DNA from: Carcharhinus amblyrhynchos
Taxonomy: Eukaryota
DNA: 64,000 nucleotides
Reading direction: 5' to 3'
Assembly: GCA_965287045.1 (NCBI GenBank)
Contig: OZ336877.1
Coordinates: 66,340,001-66,404,000 of the forward strand
Below, in pieces: positions 13,818 through 26,027 of the stretch (its first letter is position 1; the number at the start of each line of letters is the position of its first letter). A program made the position numbers and the translations under genes. The notes under the pieces were generated by a model. That model worked only from the letters and a program-made list of their open reading frames with translations, searched no databases and was not told where the DNA came from.

Positions 13818-14400
13818 ATAATATGTAAATCTGTGACAGGAAATAAACTTATTCAATTTACAAATGTTTGAAAACTTAGCTGTACCTATGTTATTGCAGG
13901 CAGTAATTTCCATGCCAAATATTTCTATAATTCTATTGTTGCACTTGTAATACTTCTGAATGGGATTTTGTTTAAAAAATATTTTATTTCTGCTTTGCAC
14001 AAGGATTTTTTGAGAAGATGAATAATTGAGCAACACTGTTTTTAACAATGTCTGTTTTGCAGAAGAGCTCTAAAATTTGTAAAACAGTGTAATCAAATTA
14101 GTGTTGGGAATTTCAGACACCTTTTACTCTGTGAATGAGTCAAAGTCGTTATTCCAAACTGTATATTAATTAAATTAGGTTACATTAGGAAATAAATGTA
14201 ACTACCAGCAAGTCTTATAATTACTTTGTGAGCTCAAAAATATAAATAGAATGTGACATCTCCTGCTTAGACATTTTGATACTGTTCATTTCCGGAACTT
14301 CATGCCACTCTGAATATGGGGAAATTAATAAAATGTTAATTAAGGATCAGCAATCTCCATTACAAATGACTGAGCAAAGCTGGATTCTAATCTTTCATAC

Positions 14401-14530
14401 CATCGCGATCGTCCTTCTCTGCAGTAGCATCCACCGAGCCATCCGGCATCAGACGTATGAACTTTCCTGTCGGTTTGCAATAAAACTGCAAAACCCTCCC
14501 CGCCATGAACTTCCACCTCTCAGCAGCCCA
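14401..14530 (-). CDS. RP1: RP1 branch exon I (130 nt, phase 0>1), FGF-like beta-trefoil part 1
   Basis: aatcag|WAAERWKFMAGRVLQFYCKPTGKFIRLMPDGSVDATAEKDDRD G|gtatga. Resembles FGF1 [22 protein letters not shown] (recalled). Confidence 0.87.
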
Positions 14531-14717
14531 CTGATTAGAGAGATAAAAGCAGCACTAATTTACGGGCTGATCAAGGAAGTAGGATTTAAATCAACAAACA
14601 TTGGCTTTTAAAAAGTACAATCGGCGTTTAACTGTTTGATGCTTTTACAAAATCTAATGGGCTTTCAGCATGTTTACACAAAGTTAATTCACGAAAGGGA
14701 AAACTGGAGTTTCTTAC

Positions 14718-14749
14718 AATTTCCTTTCTTCTCAATTCCAGCTCATGTT
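14718..14749 (-). CDS. RP1: RP1 branch microexon H (32 nt, phase 1>0), linker
   Basis: ttacag|(K)HELELRRKEI|gtaaga. Needed to bridge the phase-1 donor of exon G to the phase-0 acceptor of exon I. Confidence 0.8.
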
Positions 14750-14884
14750 CTGTAAAGATAAAATAAATGACATCAGTTTCCACAAGCAAAATGCAGAAGC
14801 GTCTGTTGATAATGATAACAAAGTCCTTCTTATTCACAAGACAAAGCCATCTGGTGAAGTTGGTACTGGATTGGAGGCACTTAC

Positions 14885-14961
14885 TTTCTGGAAAGGTGAA
14901 GTTTTCTGCAACAAATAGTTCCCGTGCAATTTTGCCGTCACCCTCTCCCTGATCCAGCCAT
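14885..14961 (-). CDS. RP1: RP1 branch exon G (77 nt, phase 2>1), end of PLAT2
   Basis: tggcag|(R)WLDQGEGDGKIARELFVAENFTFPE A|gtaagt. Phase matches exon F. Confidence 0.9.
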
Positions 14962-16854
14962 CTGCCAAAAGAAAATCATGCACTATGTACTATTAGCAAT
15001 GTGTTGAGAGAATGTCTAGGAGAAGAATAGTTATGTCAGTGTAATCTCTAGGGCTTTTGAAGAAATGTAATGGACTAAATACACATTATGACTGTTCTGC
15101 ATTTTTTGTTTCCACTTTTTGTTCTGCAATTGAAGAAACATAACACAAATGAACAAAATGAAGAAGAAAAGAGCAATGACATAAATGACATCCTAACAAT
15201 GGTTTTTAAAATTTTACATATTAGATTTATCAATCCAATCCTTAGCAATTTTCCAGATGTGATTGTTAAAGTAGAAATGGAAGAGCATTTATGATACAGC
15301 GATAATAATACATAAAGGAAAGTACTCATGAGTGACAGAAAATATTTATTTTGAAAATAGCAAATTTGAAACAATACAAATGAATTTTAAAAAAATAGCA
15401 GCATTACATCAGAAAAAAATGGAAAATGTTTAAGAAATTGTTGATGAGATGACAATCAAAGTTGTTTCAGCCAAATCAAAATTGACTTGTTTTGACCCAT
15501 CTTGTTACGTAGAGATACAGAGCTAAATTTTACTGGCACACCTGAGGTTCATATGATCTCGCCTGAGAACACCGGAAAATGCTGTTCACCGAGCCTCACT
15601 TGCCCCCGGAATTGTGGCGGGCATGCCAGTAAAATTTTGGCTATAGGGTGAAATTTTTCTCCCACTCTGTGATCTGTTTGGCAATAGTGGAAGGCAGTGC
15701 ACTGCTTGCTGGTGGTGGAAGCTTATGTTGCCGATAGGATTTCGCTTGAAAACTCACAGTGGTGTGTGCCGTTGGTGGGACAGTAAGATCCTGCCATCAT
15801 GAATGGAGGCAAGATTTTGATGATTGAAGGTATTGTTTGGGATAATCAAAAGTTTTCCAAGGAATTCACTGCACCAAGGTGGCAGAATTGGAGGTGAAGT
15901 ACAGGCAAAGAGTTACATATTGGTTAGCTGGCATCTTCCCAATTCAAAGTTTTTTTGTGGAAGAAATTGATTCAGAGAGGGTACCGCAAATGATACATTT
16001 ACAGGACCCATTAAGGCTGCTCTCCAATGCCAACTAGAATTCTCCAGTCAGCATGCAGGCCATCCTCTAACGCAAAAACCCAGATGGAAGCAACCTCCCA
16101 GTTTCAGAGTAGAAAAACATCTCTCCATCATGCAGGAGTCTGGAAGGCTCCCAACATTGTGGTACTAATGGAAAACAAAATGTAGCCCCCATTTTAAAAA
16201 ATCCTTCCGTTTACATCCAGGAAAAGATATATTTCACATCTGTAGGGAAAGTCTTTAAAATTATCTTTACAAATCTACTGTGTAAATAATTGGAAATGTT
16301 TGGCTTGTTAAAGGATAGATTGAAGAAAGGAAGATTGGGGCTGCAAACCCACTGAATAGAATTTTACAGTCCCATAGTGGCAGGTGTGGGGCCGTAACAT
16401 GTGGCAAGCTGTTCAAAAGTCCAGTGACATCAACTGTACTGCAAAACTCCACCGGCATACAATTCTGTCCATCATCTTCATCTGCATCTGAATGGTAGCG
16501 GAAGAAAACTTGCCCCACTGCTGCTCTTGCTTATGCATGTCCTTTTCCTTAGGCAGTGAGCACAACTTTGTCTTACAACTGTCAGGAAATGTAGGGAAGA
16601 AGAGAAGGGACTGGCAGAATCTATCGGAATTCCTGCCTCTGCTGTTTCTGTTGCCCCAAGTGTAATGTATTCTTGCAGGAACAGACAGGGCTGCATCTTG
16701 ATAGAAGTGTGTTCCATTAGACTTTGAATGACCACTTTCCTTGTGCAATTGTGTGTGGTGTGACTGACTGCAATATGGAAACCAGCCTTTCTCTCAGGGA
16801 CCAACTTCTGTCAGAAAGCTTCTTCATCCAATCGCGTATCTACTTTCGTAAAAT

Positions 16855-16992
16855 CCGCATTACCACCCCAACTCCCATAGTATGTTCCTTGTCTGTACCA
16901 CCGCATTACCACCCCAACTCCCATAGTATGTTCCTTGTCTGTACCACCGCATTACCACCCCAACTCCCATAGTATGTTCCTTGTCTGTACCA
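16855..16992. repeat. Perfect tandem repeat, 3 x 46 bp
   Basis: Unit ccgcattaccaccccaactcccatagtatgttccttgtctgtacca starts at 16855, 16901 and 16947. Confidence 0.95.
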
Positions 16993-18041
16993 CTACTGAT
17001 ATAGATGCCTTCTACGTGGTCTAAATTCCCCATACTTCCAGTTCAAATATGGCCAGCAGATGGAAGACCCAATCTGCCATGATTACAGTTGCAGAATCAT
17101 GCGTTTTGATGCTGCCCTATTTAATTACCTTTTTTGTGAGATTTTTTTAAACTGTCCTAGTGAATGGATAGAAGAAATATAATCAATATTAAATGACCAA
17201 AAATTTCACAGGTAAAACTGAAATTGATGGAAATCAAAAGGTAACCCCTCCACTAGCTCAAATCAGACAGGGCATCAAAGTAGATGCTTATGATTGTTAC
17301 AGGTCAGTCAATTACAGACCAACCCATAATTGCTAGATCCACACAAGTGTTTCTTCAGTCTATTCAACTTTATCTGCTTCACAATGACCTTCCCTCTATT
17401 ATTTGGACAAAAGTTCAGCTCACATTTATTTCTTGCATTGAGACTGCGGTTCACCCATGGTTCCCAACTCCTCTGAGATGCCATGAGCCATGTTTACCTA
17501 TGAAAGGGGAATAGTATTCCTCTTCCCACAATGGAACTGGCAAGAGTGTGGGCTAGCTGCCCTCTACCCTTACCCCATGTCAACGAAAATTACTAAAAAT
17601 GAGAATGGAGTGGGAATACCAGATTCAGGTCCCCTTGATATTTTTAAAAGATTGGCCATAGTTGGCAAGAATCCAGGCCTACGATTACAAATACATCCCT
17701 AAATTTAGCAAAATGTTGCAGTGTTGGTGGGTGTTATGATAACTTAAAGCAATCCAAATTTATCAGCATCTTTTCCCACAGGGAGAGGTTTCTTTCTCAT
17801 CATTCTGAGCTACAGACTAATCTAAATTGTGAAAGTAAAATGGTATTGCAGTAAGCCATGCCATCATCCAATTCCCAGCACTAAAATGATTCTTATATAA
17901 AACACTGGCTGTGTGATATATTTTTACTTATTTTGCAATTGACAAATTAAATAATGCAGTGGTATGTTGTAATTTGTCCCTCAAAGTTGCAAAATCTGAT
18001 GATAGAAAATTATATGTATGCATTGGTAAGTTAAATCAAAC

Positions 18042-18120
18042 CTGTGGCAAGGAAAAATACATCCATTGCTGCCTTTCTCTGTGTCTGTCACTGTAACCTT
18101 CTCCAGAAACCAGCCATTTC
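18042..18120 (-). CDS. RP1: RP1 branch exon F (79 nt, phase 1>2), PLAT2
   Basis: tcacag|(G)NGWFLEKVTVTDTEKGSNGCIFPCH AG|gtttga. Carries the PLAT 'GWFL.KV.V...FPC.RW' motif. Confidence 0.9.
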
Positions 18121-18147
18121 CTGTGAAATAAAAGGTGTAAGACTGAG

Positions 18148-18351
18148 GGTTATAATATATTAAAAAGTCTGACAACACCAGGTTTTAGTCCAACCTATTT
18201 ATTTGATAATATACTCACAAGCTTTCGGGGTTAGCCCCTTGTGAGTCTATTATCAAATAAATAGGTTGGACTAAAACCTGGTGTTGTCAGACTTTTTACT
18301 GTGTTTACGCCAGTCCAACGCCGGCATACCCACATCATGGTTATAATATAT
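18148..18351. mobile_element. Penelope-type fold-back insertion with 13-bp TSD and half hammerhead
   Basis: ~59-bp inverted arms (aaaaagtctgacaacaccagg...cacaag / cttgtg...gtcagacttttt) plus a unique tail. Flanking direct repeat ggttataatatat at 18148-60 and 18339-51. Confidence 0.8.
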
Positions 18352-20132
18352 AGCAGTGAATGACAGCACTTCATTTCATGTTTGTAGTAAAATTTACAAA
18401 ATAACATTGAACATAAACAGAGAAGGTTGAAGTGTGATACCTGACAAAACATGAACCTTCACTTTATTTTTATGTTAAGTATAATTGACTTTATACCTAA
18501 TATTTTAGAAATAACATCAGCATTAGGAAAAGCAATCTCCTCTTTTAGTTCATACATACAAATGAGGGAGAACTCTACCACTATGTAAATCAGCACCAAT
18601 CACCAGCCATACATGCAAGATGAACAAAAAAACAGCCAACTGAAAGGACAAATGGATCAATTTAGCCCTAATCATTAAGGGATCATCTTTTTTCCATCCT
18701 CTGCAAATGTAATTAAATAACTTCAATTTCATGTTAAACCTTAAAGAAAATAAGTTATTTTAGTTTAATATTTTCTAATGCATTCCCAACTTAAACAAAT
18801 TAGGATAATAAATACTGATATAAGATAATTCTTCAGCAACAGCAAGTAAGAAATAACCATTCAATAAGCTACAAAGATATTTAAAGCATAATACCAGAAC
18901 TACAAAGGCACTACAATCAGGGAAGTTCTTTTCCTTAGAAAAAACAGACCTGATAGAGGTCTTCAAAGTCATGAAGAGATTTGATAGGATAGATTTGTAG
19001 AAAAAGTTCACACTTGTGAAGGAGTCAAAAACTTGTGGCCAGAAGTGTGAGATAGTCATTAATAAATAAAGAATTCAGAATAACCTTACTAGAGAGCACT
19101 GATAATGGGGAATTTGTTGGCAAGTGCAATGATTGAGGCAAATAGCATAGAAATATTTAAAAAGGGAAGGTAGGTAAGTATGAAAGAGGAAAGAAAAGGT
19201 GGGTATGTGAATAGGATGAAATGAAATAAGATTGGACAACACTTAGGTACAGCATCAACACCAGCCTTTGGTGGAAACAGTTTGTTTCTATGCTGCAAAA
19301 TTCTAATGTACAGCTCCATTGTTCTCAAGAAACTAATATTCCTATTCCCTTGGTATCCCTAGCCCTCATGGTGCACCTTGATGAAGGAGTACAGGACAGT
19401 AAATGACAATGCAGAGGTCCACCAAAAGGTAAACAATATGAGAGAAAAAAAACTCTAAACAAGTTCTTGCACATTGAAAATTAATTGTAGTAATTAACAT
19501 TGTGGAGTTACAGTGACTGTTCACACTGAAATCTTTGTAGCAGATTAATATAGCTGAGTTCCTTGCTAGACCAAATCACAGGGTAGTTAAGAGTCAACCA
19601 CATTAATGTGAAATGAGAATCTTAAAAATACCAGGCTGGGAATGGACAGTGGGACATTCTCCCTATCAAGAATCAATAAAACATGCAAGGTTTTACAATA
19701 ACTTCACGGTCATTTCTACTAAAGAACAGCTTTTTAAAATTTCCATATTTTTTAAACAACTTAAATTCCCAAACTGCCAAGTGGCATTGGTGCTTTTGCA
19801 GTCTGAAGCATTGGTGCTCTCATTGTCTGGATTATTAGTCTAGGTTTCATTATTGTCAGTTCACTAATACAAGTACTGCACTATTAGTTGCCCCTTACCT
19901 ATAAGTGACATTATCACCTGCCTCTTTTCCTCCAAATAAATCATATTACATTTCCAGTGAATCAAATTATCCCACACCCTCTCAATTAAAAAAAATGAAA
20001 TGTTTCTCCACTTTGAAGGTGAAATCTCAGAAGAACCCCAGCCATTGTTGTGACTTCTCTGAGACATGCATCTGATAAAAATACAGAAACTGTGTCAAAG
20101 TTCAAAAATAAAAACCAAGGAAAATTTCTAAC

Positions 20133-20211
20133 CTGCACCTAGACCATCATGGCCAATCACAAGCTTTTGTAAGTTGCCAAGGTGTACAGCTTTCAATGAG
20201 AAGATATCAGT
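20133..20211 (-). CDS. RP1: RP1 branch exon E (79 nt, phase 0>1), PLAT2
   Basis: ttatag|TDIFSLKAVHLGNLQKLVIGHDGLGA G|gttaga. Not in the ORF track. Confidence 0.9.
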
Positions 20212-21622
20212 CTATAACAAATTAGATTGAAATGTTATATATACTCCAATGAGAAAAGTAAAATATTGATAATCAATAGTTTAACATTTTAAGAGCATAC
20301 TAAACAACCAAATGATCTCTTCAGCAACTATTAATATGGGCTTGATTTTACCTTCCCATGTCAGTGGGTTTGAAGCTGGGAGTTCACGTAATATCCAGTG
20401 GATGATCTTCCAGCTGTCTATCCATCTATCCTTGACCTATTTGAAATTTTAGTGGGTGCAATAGAAGGGGTCAGGTGACCTTGAGCCTATTGACGCTTTT
20501 AAATGGCCAATTAATAGCCACTTAAGGGTTTTATGCCATCCCTATGCATATTTCACCATGCCATATAGGAAGTCCAAAAGCTTTGGCAGCATGAATTGGT
20601 AGTGGGCAATGGAGTGGGGGAACCTCTTCTGTGAATCATCTGAGCCCATTGAAGGGACCCTTGCCCCCTCTTCCCCACCAGTCATTTTCTCCCTTTAATT
20701 ATCCCCCGGCCTCTTAAAGATGCCCCCACATCACAATCACCTTCCGAGATCCCCAACCCTGGGACTTACCTGGGTTCCTTGGTGTGGTGGGACTGTTTAT
20801 AGTTGCAGCAGTGGTCAGCACTCTCTGCCGGTGCTGCTGGGGATACAGGTTAGCTGGCCAATCTGACTGACCAGCAGTTCTCAAAAGTGTGAATTTCACT
20901 CAAAATGGTGAAGGGGGTGAGGTGGCTTTCACCTTGATGCAATTAATCCTGCCCCTATCACTAAATTATTGAGGGACAGTTATTATGATTATGGGAAAGC
21001 TGCCCTAGCTAATAACTGTCAGTGAAACATGGAATGTGGCACCCAGCAGAATCCAGCTTTATAACTTCACATTAATTTTGCAACAAACTGCCACAAAATA
21101 ATAATGGTAGTTCAAGGATTCAAAGGAACATATTTGTTTAATAGGCAAATTTATGTATGATAATTAATTGCTTTCTTGTAACCAAAACCTACTGCCCTCA
21201 GCACTAAAAGGTAGGACGCTCTTGTCTTCTCTGTTTCGTGCAATGTACCTTAGATCATACCCCTATCCAACCCCATCCTGCCTCAAGACTCAAGACATTG
21301 CTGGCTGCTATCTTGCCAGTTATGACCAGGACAACTGATCCAAAGTCAAGTAGAGGATTGTAGCCCTAAGTGCCTGATGTTATCTCTGACAGAACAGCAG
21401 TTCATGTGGCCTTCCATCAGAGTACCATCATTCCACTGAAGTCTGGCAAGTGAGTCCAGGCTGTACAGTATCCTTCATCAGAGGTGCAGCCAGCAGCCTT
21501 CTCATGCTAGGAGCCAGCTGCCATGAACTGAAACCATTTTGGTTGCATAGTCATTCAGTCTAACAGCCCACCGCTTCCCATCTTCTTAGTCCTCATGGCA
21601 TTGTTGATGAGGCAACAACATT

Positions 21623-21996
21623 GGTGGCATGATGGCACAATGGTTAGCATTGCTGCCTCACAGTGCCACAGACCCAGGTTTAATTCTCACCTTGGGAGCA
21701 TGTTACAGACATCTCCAACATCTAATTCCTTTCATCTACAGAATACAGCTCTTTCACTGATTCCTACACTTGCTACACTTTGCACATTCTCTCCATATCT
21801 GCGTGGGCTTCCTCAGGTCCTCTGGTTTCCTCCGACACTCCAATGATGTGCAGGTTAGATTGATTGGCCATGCTAAATTGCCCCTTAGTGCCAGGGAGAT
21901 GAGTAGATTATGGGGATGGGGCCTGGGTGGGACTATGGTTCGTGCAGGCCAGATGGCCTCCCTTCTGCACTGTAGGGATACTGTGGAATTCCATGA
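21623..21996 (+). mobile_element. HE1-like V-SINE with an internal ~82-bp foreign segment
   Basis: The head and the V-domain/tail match the other copies. 21697-21778 does not. Confidence 0.8.
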
Positions 21997-22789
21997 AGCA
22001 CCAAAAAAATACAACTAGGAAATAGAGGCTGACTGTTTTGATGTATCTGGCCTTTGGTTGTATCAATTTAAAGATATTTCTTTTTTTCATAGTTAATCAG
22101 GAAGCCTGTCATAAAAAGCTATGATCAACCTTGTACTTTTGGCCATTATATTAAGCTTCCATGTTATTTGAAGGTTAGTTCCCAATTTGACATTAATGTA
22201 CTGAGGTCAAATGTGCAAATATTTTGTACTTTGCTGTTCATGAAAATTTGGTTGCATTTGTCATTTTGGTAGTAATGTTGAATGTGGTTTTATTTATTAA
22301 TGGTGGAGTTCATACTCACACAGAAAAGAATGCCTTATTCAGTGTATTCTTATCACTCAGGCAATGACAGCATAGTTGTATCAGAGCAAATAGGATTGAT
22401 TATTATTATATGTTTGGTGGGTATTGATTTTAGGCTATTTTTATTAGCAAGCATAGGAATTGGTGAAGCAGCTGTACTCTGCAGATGAAAGCAATTAGGT
22501 GGTGGAGATTTCTGTAACAAGCTGCCATCTGCCAATCCTGGCAGCATCATGTAATGATACATCTGGACGGACATCATTCATGGACCCCACAGCTTACAGT
22601 TCAGCATCTTGTAAATGCAGTTGTAAATGCGCCTAGTTTGGGGGCGTTTAAGAGATCCGTGGATAGGTTTATGGATGGAAAGGGTTTGGTTTAGGTTAGA
22701 GGGTCATTGCTTTTTAACTGGTCGGCGCAACATCGTGGGCCGAAGGGCCTGTTCTGCGCTGTAATGTTCTATGTTCTTGCCATATATAT

Positions 22790-24150
22790 ACATAATAAGA
22801 TAAGAAATAGGAGCAGGAGTAGATTATATGGGCCATTGAGCCTGCTCTGCCATTCAATATGATCATGACTGATTTGCTTCAATTGCACTTTCCTGCCCAC
22901 TCCCATATCCCCTGATTCACCAAGAGACCAAAAATTGGTCTATCTCAGCTATAAATATATTCAATGATGGAGTCTTCACAACACTCTAGATTCACTCTAG
23001 AGTGAAGAAATGTCTCCTCCTTTAAGACTTTACCCGGAGGCTGTGCCCTCATGTTTGTTTTTTATTCATTTGTAGGACATGGGTGTCACTGGCTGGCCAG
23101 CATTTATTGCCAATTCATAGGTGCCCTTGGGGGGCAGTTGAGAGTCAACCACATTGCTGTGGCTCTGGAGTTACATATAGGCCAGACCAGATAAGGACAG
23201 CAGATTTCTTTCCCTCGGAGAATTAGTGACCCAGATAGGTTTTTCCAACAATCGACAATGGTTTCATGGTCTTGAGTAGATTCTTAATTTCAGATTTTTG
23301 TTTTTAAATTGAAAACAAATTCCACCATCTGCCATGGCAGGATCTTAACCCAGGTCCCCAGAGAATTAGCTGAGTTTCTGGACTAATAATATAGTGATAA
23401 TACCACTAGGTCATTGCCTCTCCTAGATTTTCCAGTCAAATCCATTCAGAATCTTTTATGTTTCATTTTTCTCGTTTAACCTCCAATTTACTCAGCCTCT
23501 TTTTGTAGGACAACTCGGTCACCCCAGGGACCAAACTAATGAACCACTCTGTATTGCCTTCAATATACAAATAAGCTTCCGTAAGTATGGAGACTAAAAC
23601 TGCACGCAATATTCATCAAAGCCTGTACAACTGTAGCAAGACTCCTTTATTCTTTTGCTCCAATCCCTTGCAGTAAAGACCAACATGACATTTACCTTCC
23701 TAATTGCTCGGTCTACCTTTACGCAACATATGTGTGCTTTGTACAAGCACACTCATGTCTCTGAATTTCAGCAGTACACGTTTCAAGCATTTTAAAAGTA
23801 TTCTGCTTTTCCATTCTTATGAACAAAATGAATAACCTCACACTTCCCCACATTATGCACCATCTGCCACCTTGTTGCCCACTCAATTAGCCTGTCTATA
23901 TCTCTTTGCATCCTGTGTCCTCTTCACAACTTACATTCCCATTTAGTTTTGTACCTTCAGAAAATTTAAAATACGTTACACTTTGTCTGTTTGTCTAAGT
24001 CACTAATATAGATTGTAAAAAGCTGATGCTCCAGCACTAATCCTGGGCACTCCAGTTCTCACACGCTTGAAAATGCTCCATTTATTTCTATGCTGCTTTC
24101 TGTCAGTTAACCAATCCTCTGTCCATATTGATATGTCACCCCCTGCTTCA
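22790..24150 (-). mobile_element. Degraded CR1 LINE 3' portion, interrupted by a SINE
   Basis: Tail ataagataagaaataggagcaggagtag; IEDWLTDRKQ- and GVPQGSVLG-like remnants near 24000-24130. Confidence 0.7.
23055..23422 (-). mobile_element. SacSINE1/Deu-SINE-like element nested in a CR1 fragment
   Basis: Reverse complement of the 3729 family. CR1-like sequence lies on both sides. Confidence 0.7.
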
Positions 24151-25548
24151 TGCACATTTTCCTGACCAGATTGAGCCTTCCTTATAATGCAAAATTGTGA
24201 ACTGTGCGACAGACTATCATTACCCGTCACAAATTTAGATTTAGAAGATATCTGCTAACTTGTTTCAGCACCTGAATTGGCCTTCTAGATATTCAGTGAC
24301 AGGTTTTGTATTGACCAGGTTCTATCAATCAATTCAACTTTTTAATAACTTGTGATGGCTGACATTCCATATTCATTCTTTTATATCTTAAATAAACTGA
24401 CACTTAGCACATGGAACCACTCCTGTTGATAATGGGATGGTGACCTCCACAATTATGCCTGTAGAGCCACATCAATCAGAAGTTCAGCCCACTTAGCGCT
24501 AGAGGGACAATGTCGAGTTGAATGGTTCCATGTCTTTGTTCTTCAAAAATCAGGCCATTGTTGATAGTCAGGTGTTTTTTGGAAAAGGACATTTTTCACC
24601 TGGCGAACGCAGGTTCTTACTGCCCCCCAGCTATTGCACAGAATTTCCATAGCTTACTGGCAGGCTTTAGATTCAAAGCACCATGGTGACCTCATATTTA
24701 ATACCATGCATGCAGTTGATGATGGCTCAAAACCATCTCCGAAAATGAGCCACACCTGGCCTCTGGCTTCTTTAGGGAAGAACACACTACTGACTGAGCA
24801 GGCTTTGGTCTTGCTGTCTGAAAACCCCTGGGGTTGATGTGGTAGTAATAATGAGTGGGATGCTGTCTTCTGCTATGATGTCCCATTCTCAATCTCTTTT
24901 CTTGCCTGTCCCTCCTCCTCGTCCTTAAAGTACAGCAGCCTACCAATGAAATAGCTCATACCAGGTGCAATTCCACCATGCAGATCCTGGTGAGATGGAA
25001 GGGAGTGGGGGTGCTATTGAAAGAGATCTGGGAACTCATAGTTGTAGAGAAACAGACAACACATCAGTGGCATACAGTGAGCATCTGACTGGGAATAACA
25101 TGTTTTTAAATTGCTAGGAAGCCTCAGAGCAAACTACAGAAATTCAGAAAAAAGATTTGGGGAATTTTCCAGTGCTTCAATTTAAAAATGCAAACCAGGT
25201 GAGGAGGATTATGCCAAGTCTATTATATCCAGATGTTAATCTATACCAGTCTATTAGTGGGGTTAAAACACCATCACTACAACACTAAATACAGGGGAAA
25301 TACAATGGAAATGAGCAGCAGAGGGTTCAAAGGTGAGTGGTGAACTTTGCCAAAATGAACTAGGCCTCTCACATGTAATGAATCTTCAGTGCAACAGTGA
25401 TGGAAATCACTTACACGCGAGTTCATTTACCAAACATCAGCACCCCACATATATACGTCATAGTTACAGCAAAAATACGAGGAAATTCCAGGCTTTTGAC
25501 CTCCACTGCCGCTTGTATTACTAGCCTACTTCAAACATCAGGTTGTAT

Positions 25549-25675
25549 GGCCCGAATTTTACCAGCATGTCCGCTCCGATTCCAGATGCGGGTGGGGCTC
25601 AGAGAATGGCATTCTCCGTTGGCCTCGGGCGGGATCATATGAAACTCAGGCAGATATTTAGTAAAATTCCGCCCT
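25549..25675. mobile_element. Short MITE-like element
   Basis: ggcccgaattttac ... gtaaaattccgccc TIRs. An inverted relative lies at ~15520-15642. Confidence 0.6.
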
Positions 25676-25875
25676 GAATCTCAGTGATTTCCCCTTCTTC
25701 ACTGCACAGCATTAGGGAAGTGAGGGGGTAAATCATAGGAATTGCAGTAACCCATTTTGCTAACAACATTCAAATTGAAATCATAACAATACATTTATTG
25801 ACTGAAAGTAAGAAAATCTAAGTCACAGTATCTATAGTGAGATAATGTGTACATTTTTATATTCAAAGTCCAAAC

Positions 25876-26027
25876 CTGGCCTTTCCGAAACTTCAATGGA
25901 TTATTTGATCTAATAAGCTGCCTTGCGCCTGTGTCACCTCTTTTGCCATATATGACAATGAAGACATTAGCTTCTGTTCCACCATTCCAAAGCTCTCCAG
26001 TTACAACAAGGATCTCATACTTGATCA
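25876..26027 (-). CDS. RP1: RP1 branch exon D (152 nt, phase 1>0), start of PLAT2
   Basis: tttcag|(V)IKYEILVVTGELWNGGTEANVFIVIYGKRGDTGARQLIRSNNPLKFRKGQ|gtttgg. LOXHD1-type PLAT start. Confidence 0.9.

Noticed and set aside
16855-16992. CRISPR-like array
   Set aside because: The units are head-to-tail with no spacers, and the context is a vertebrate intron.
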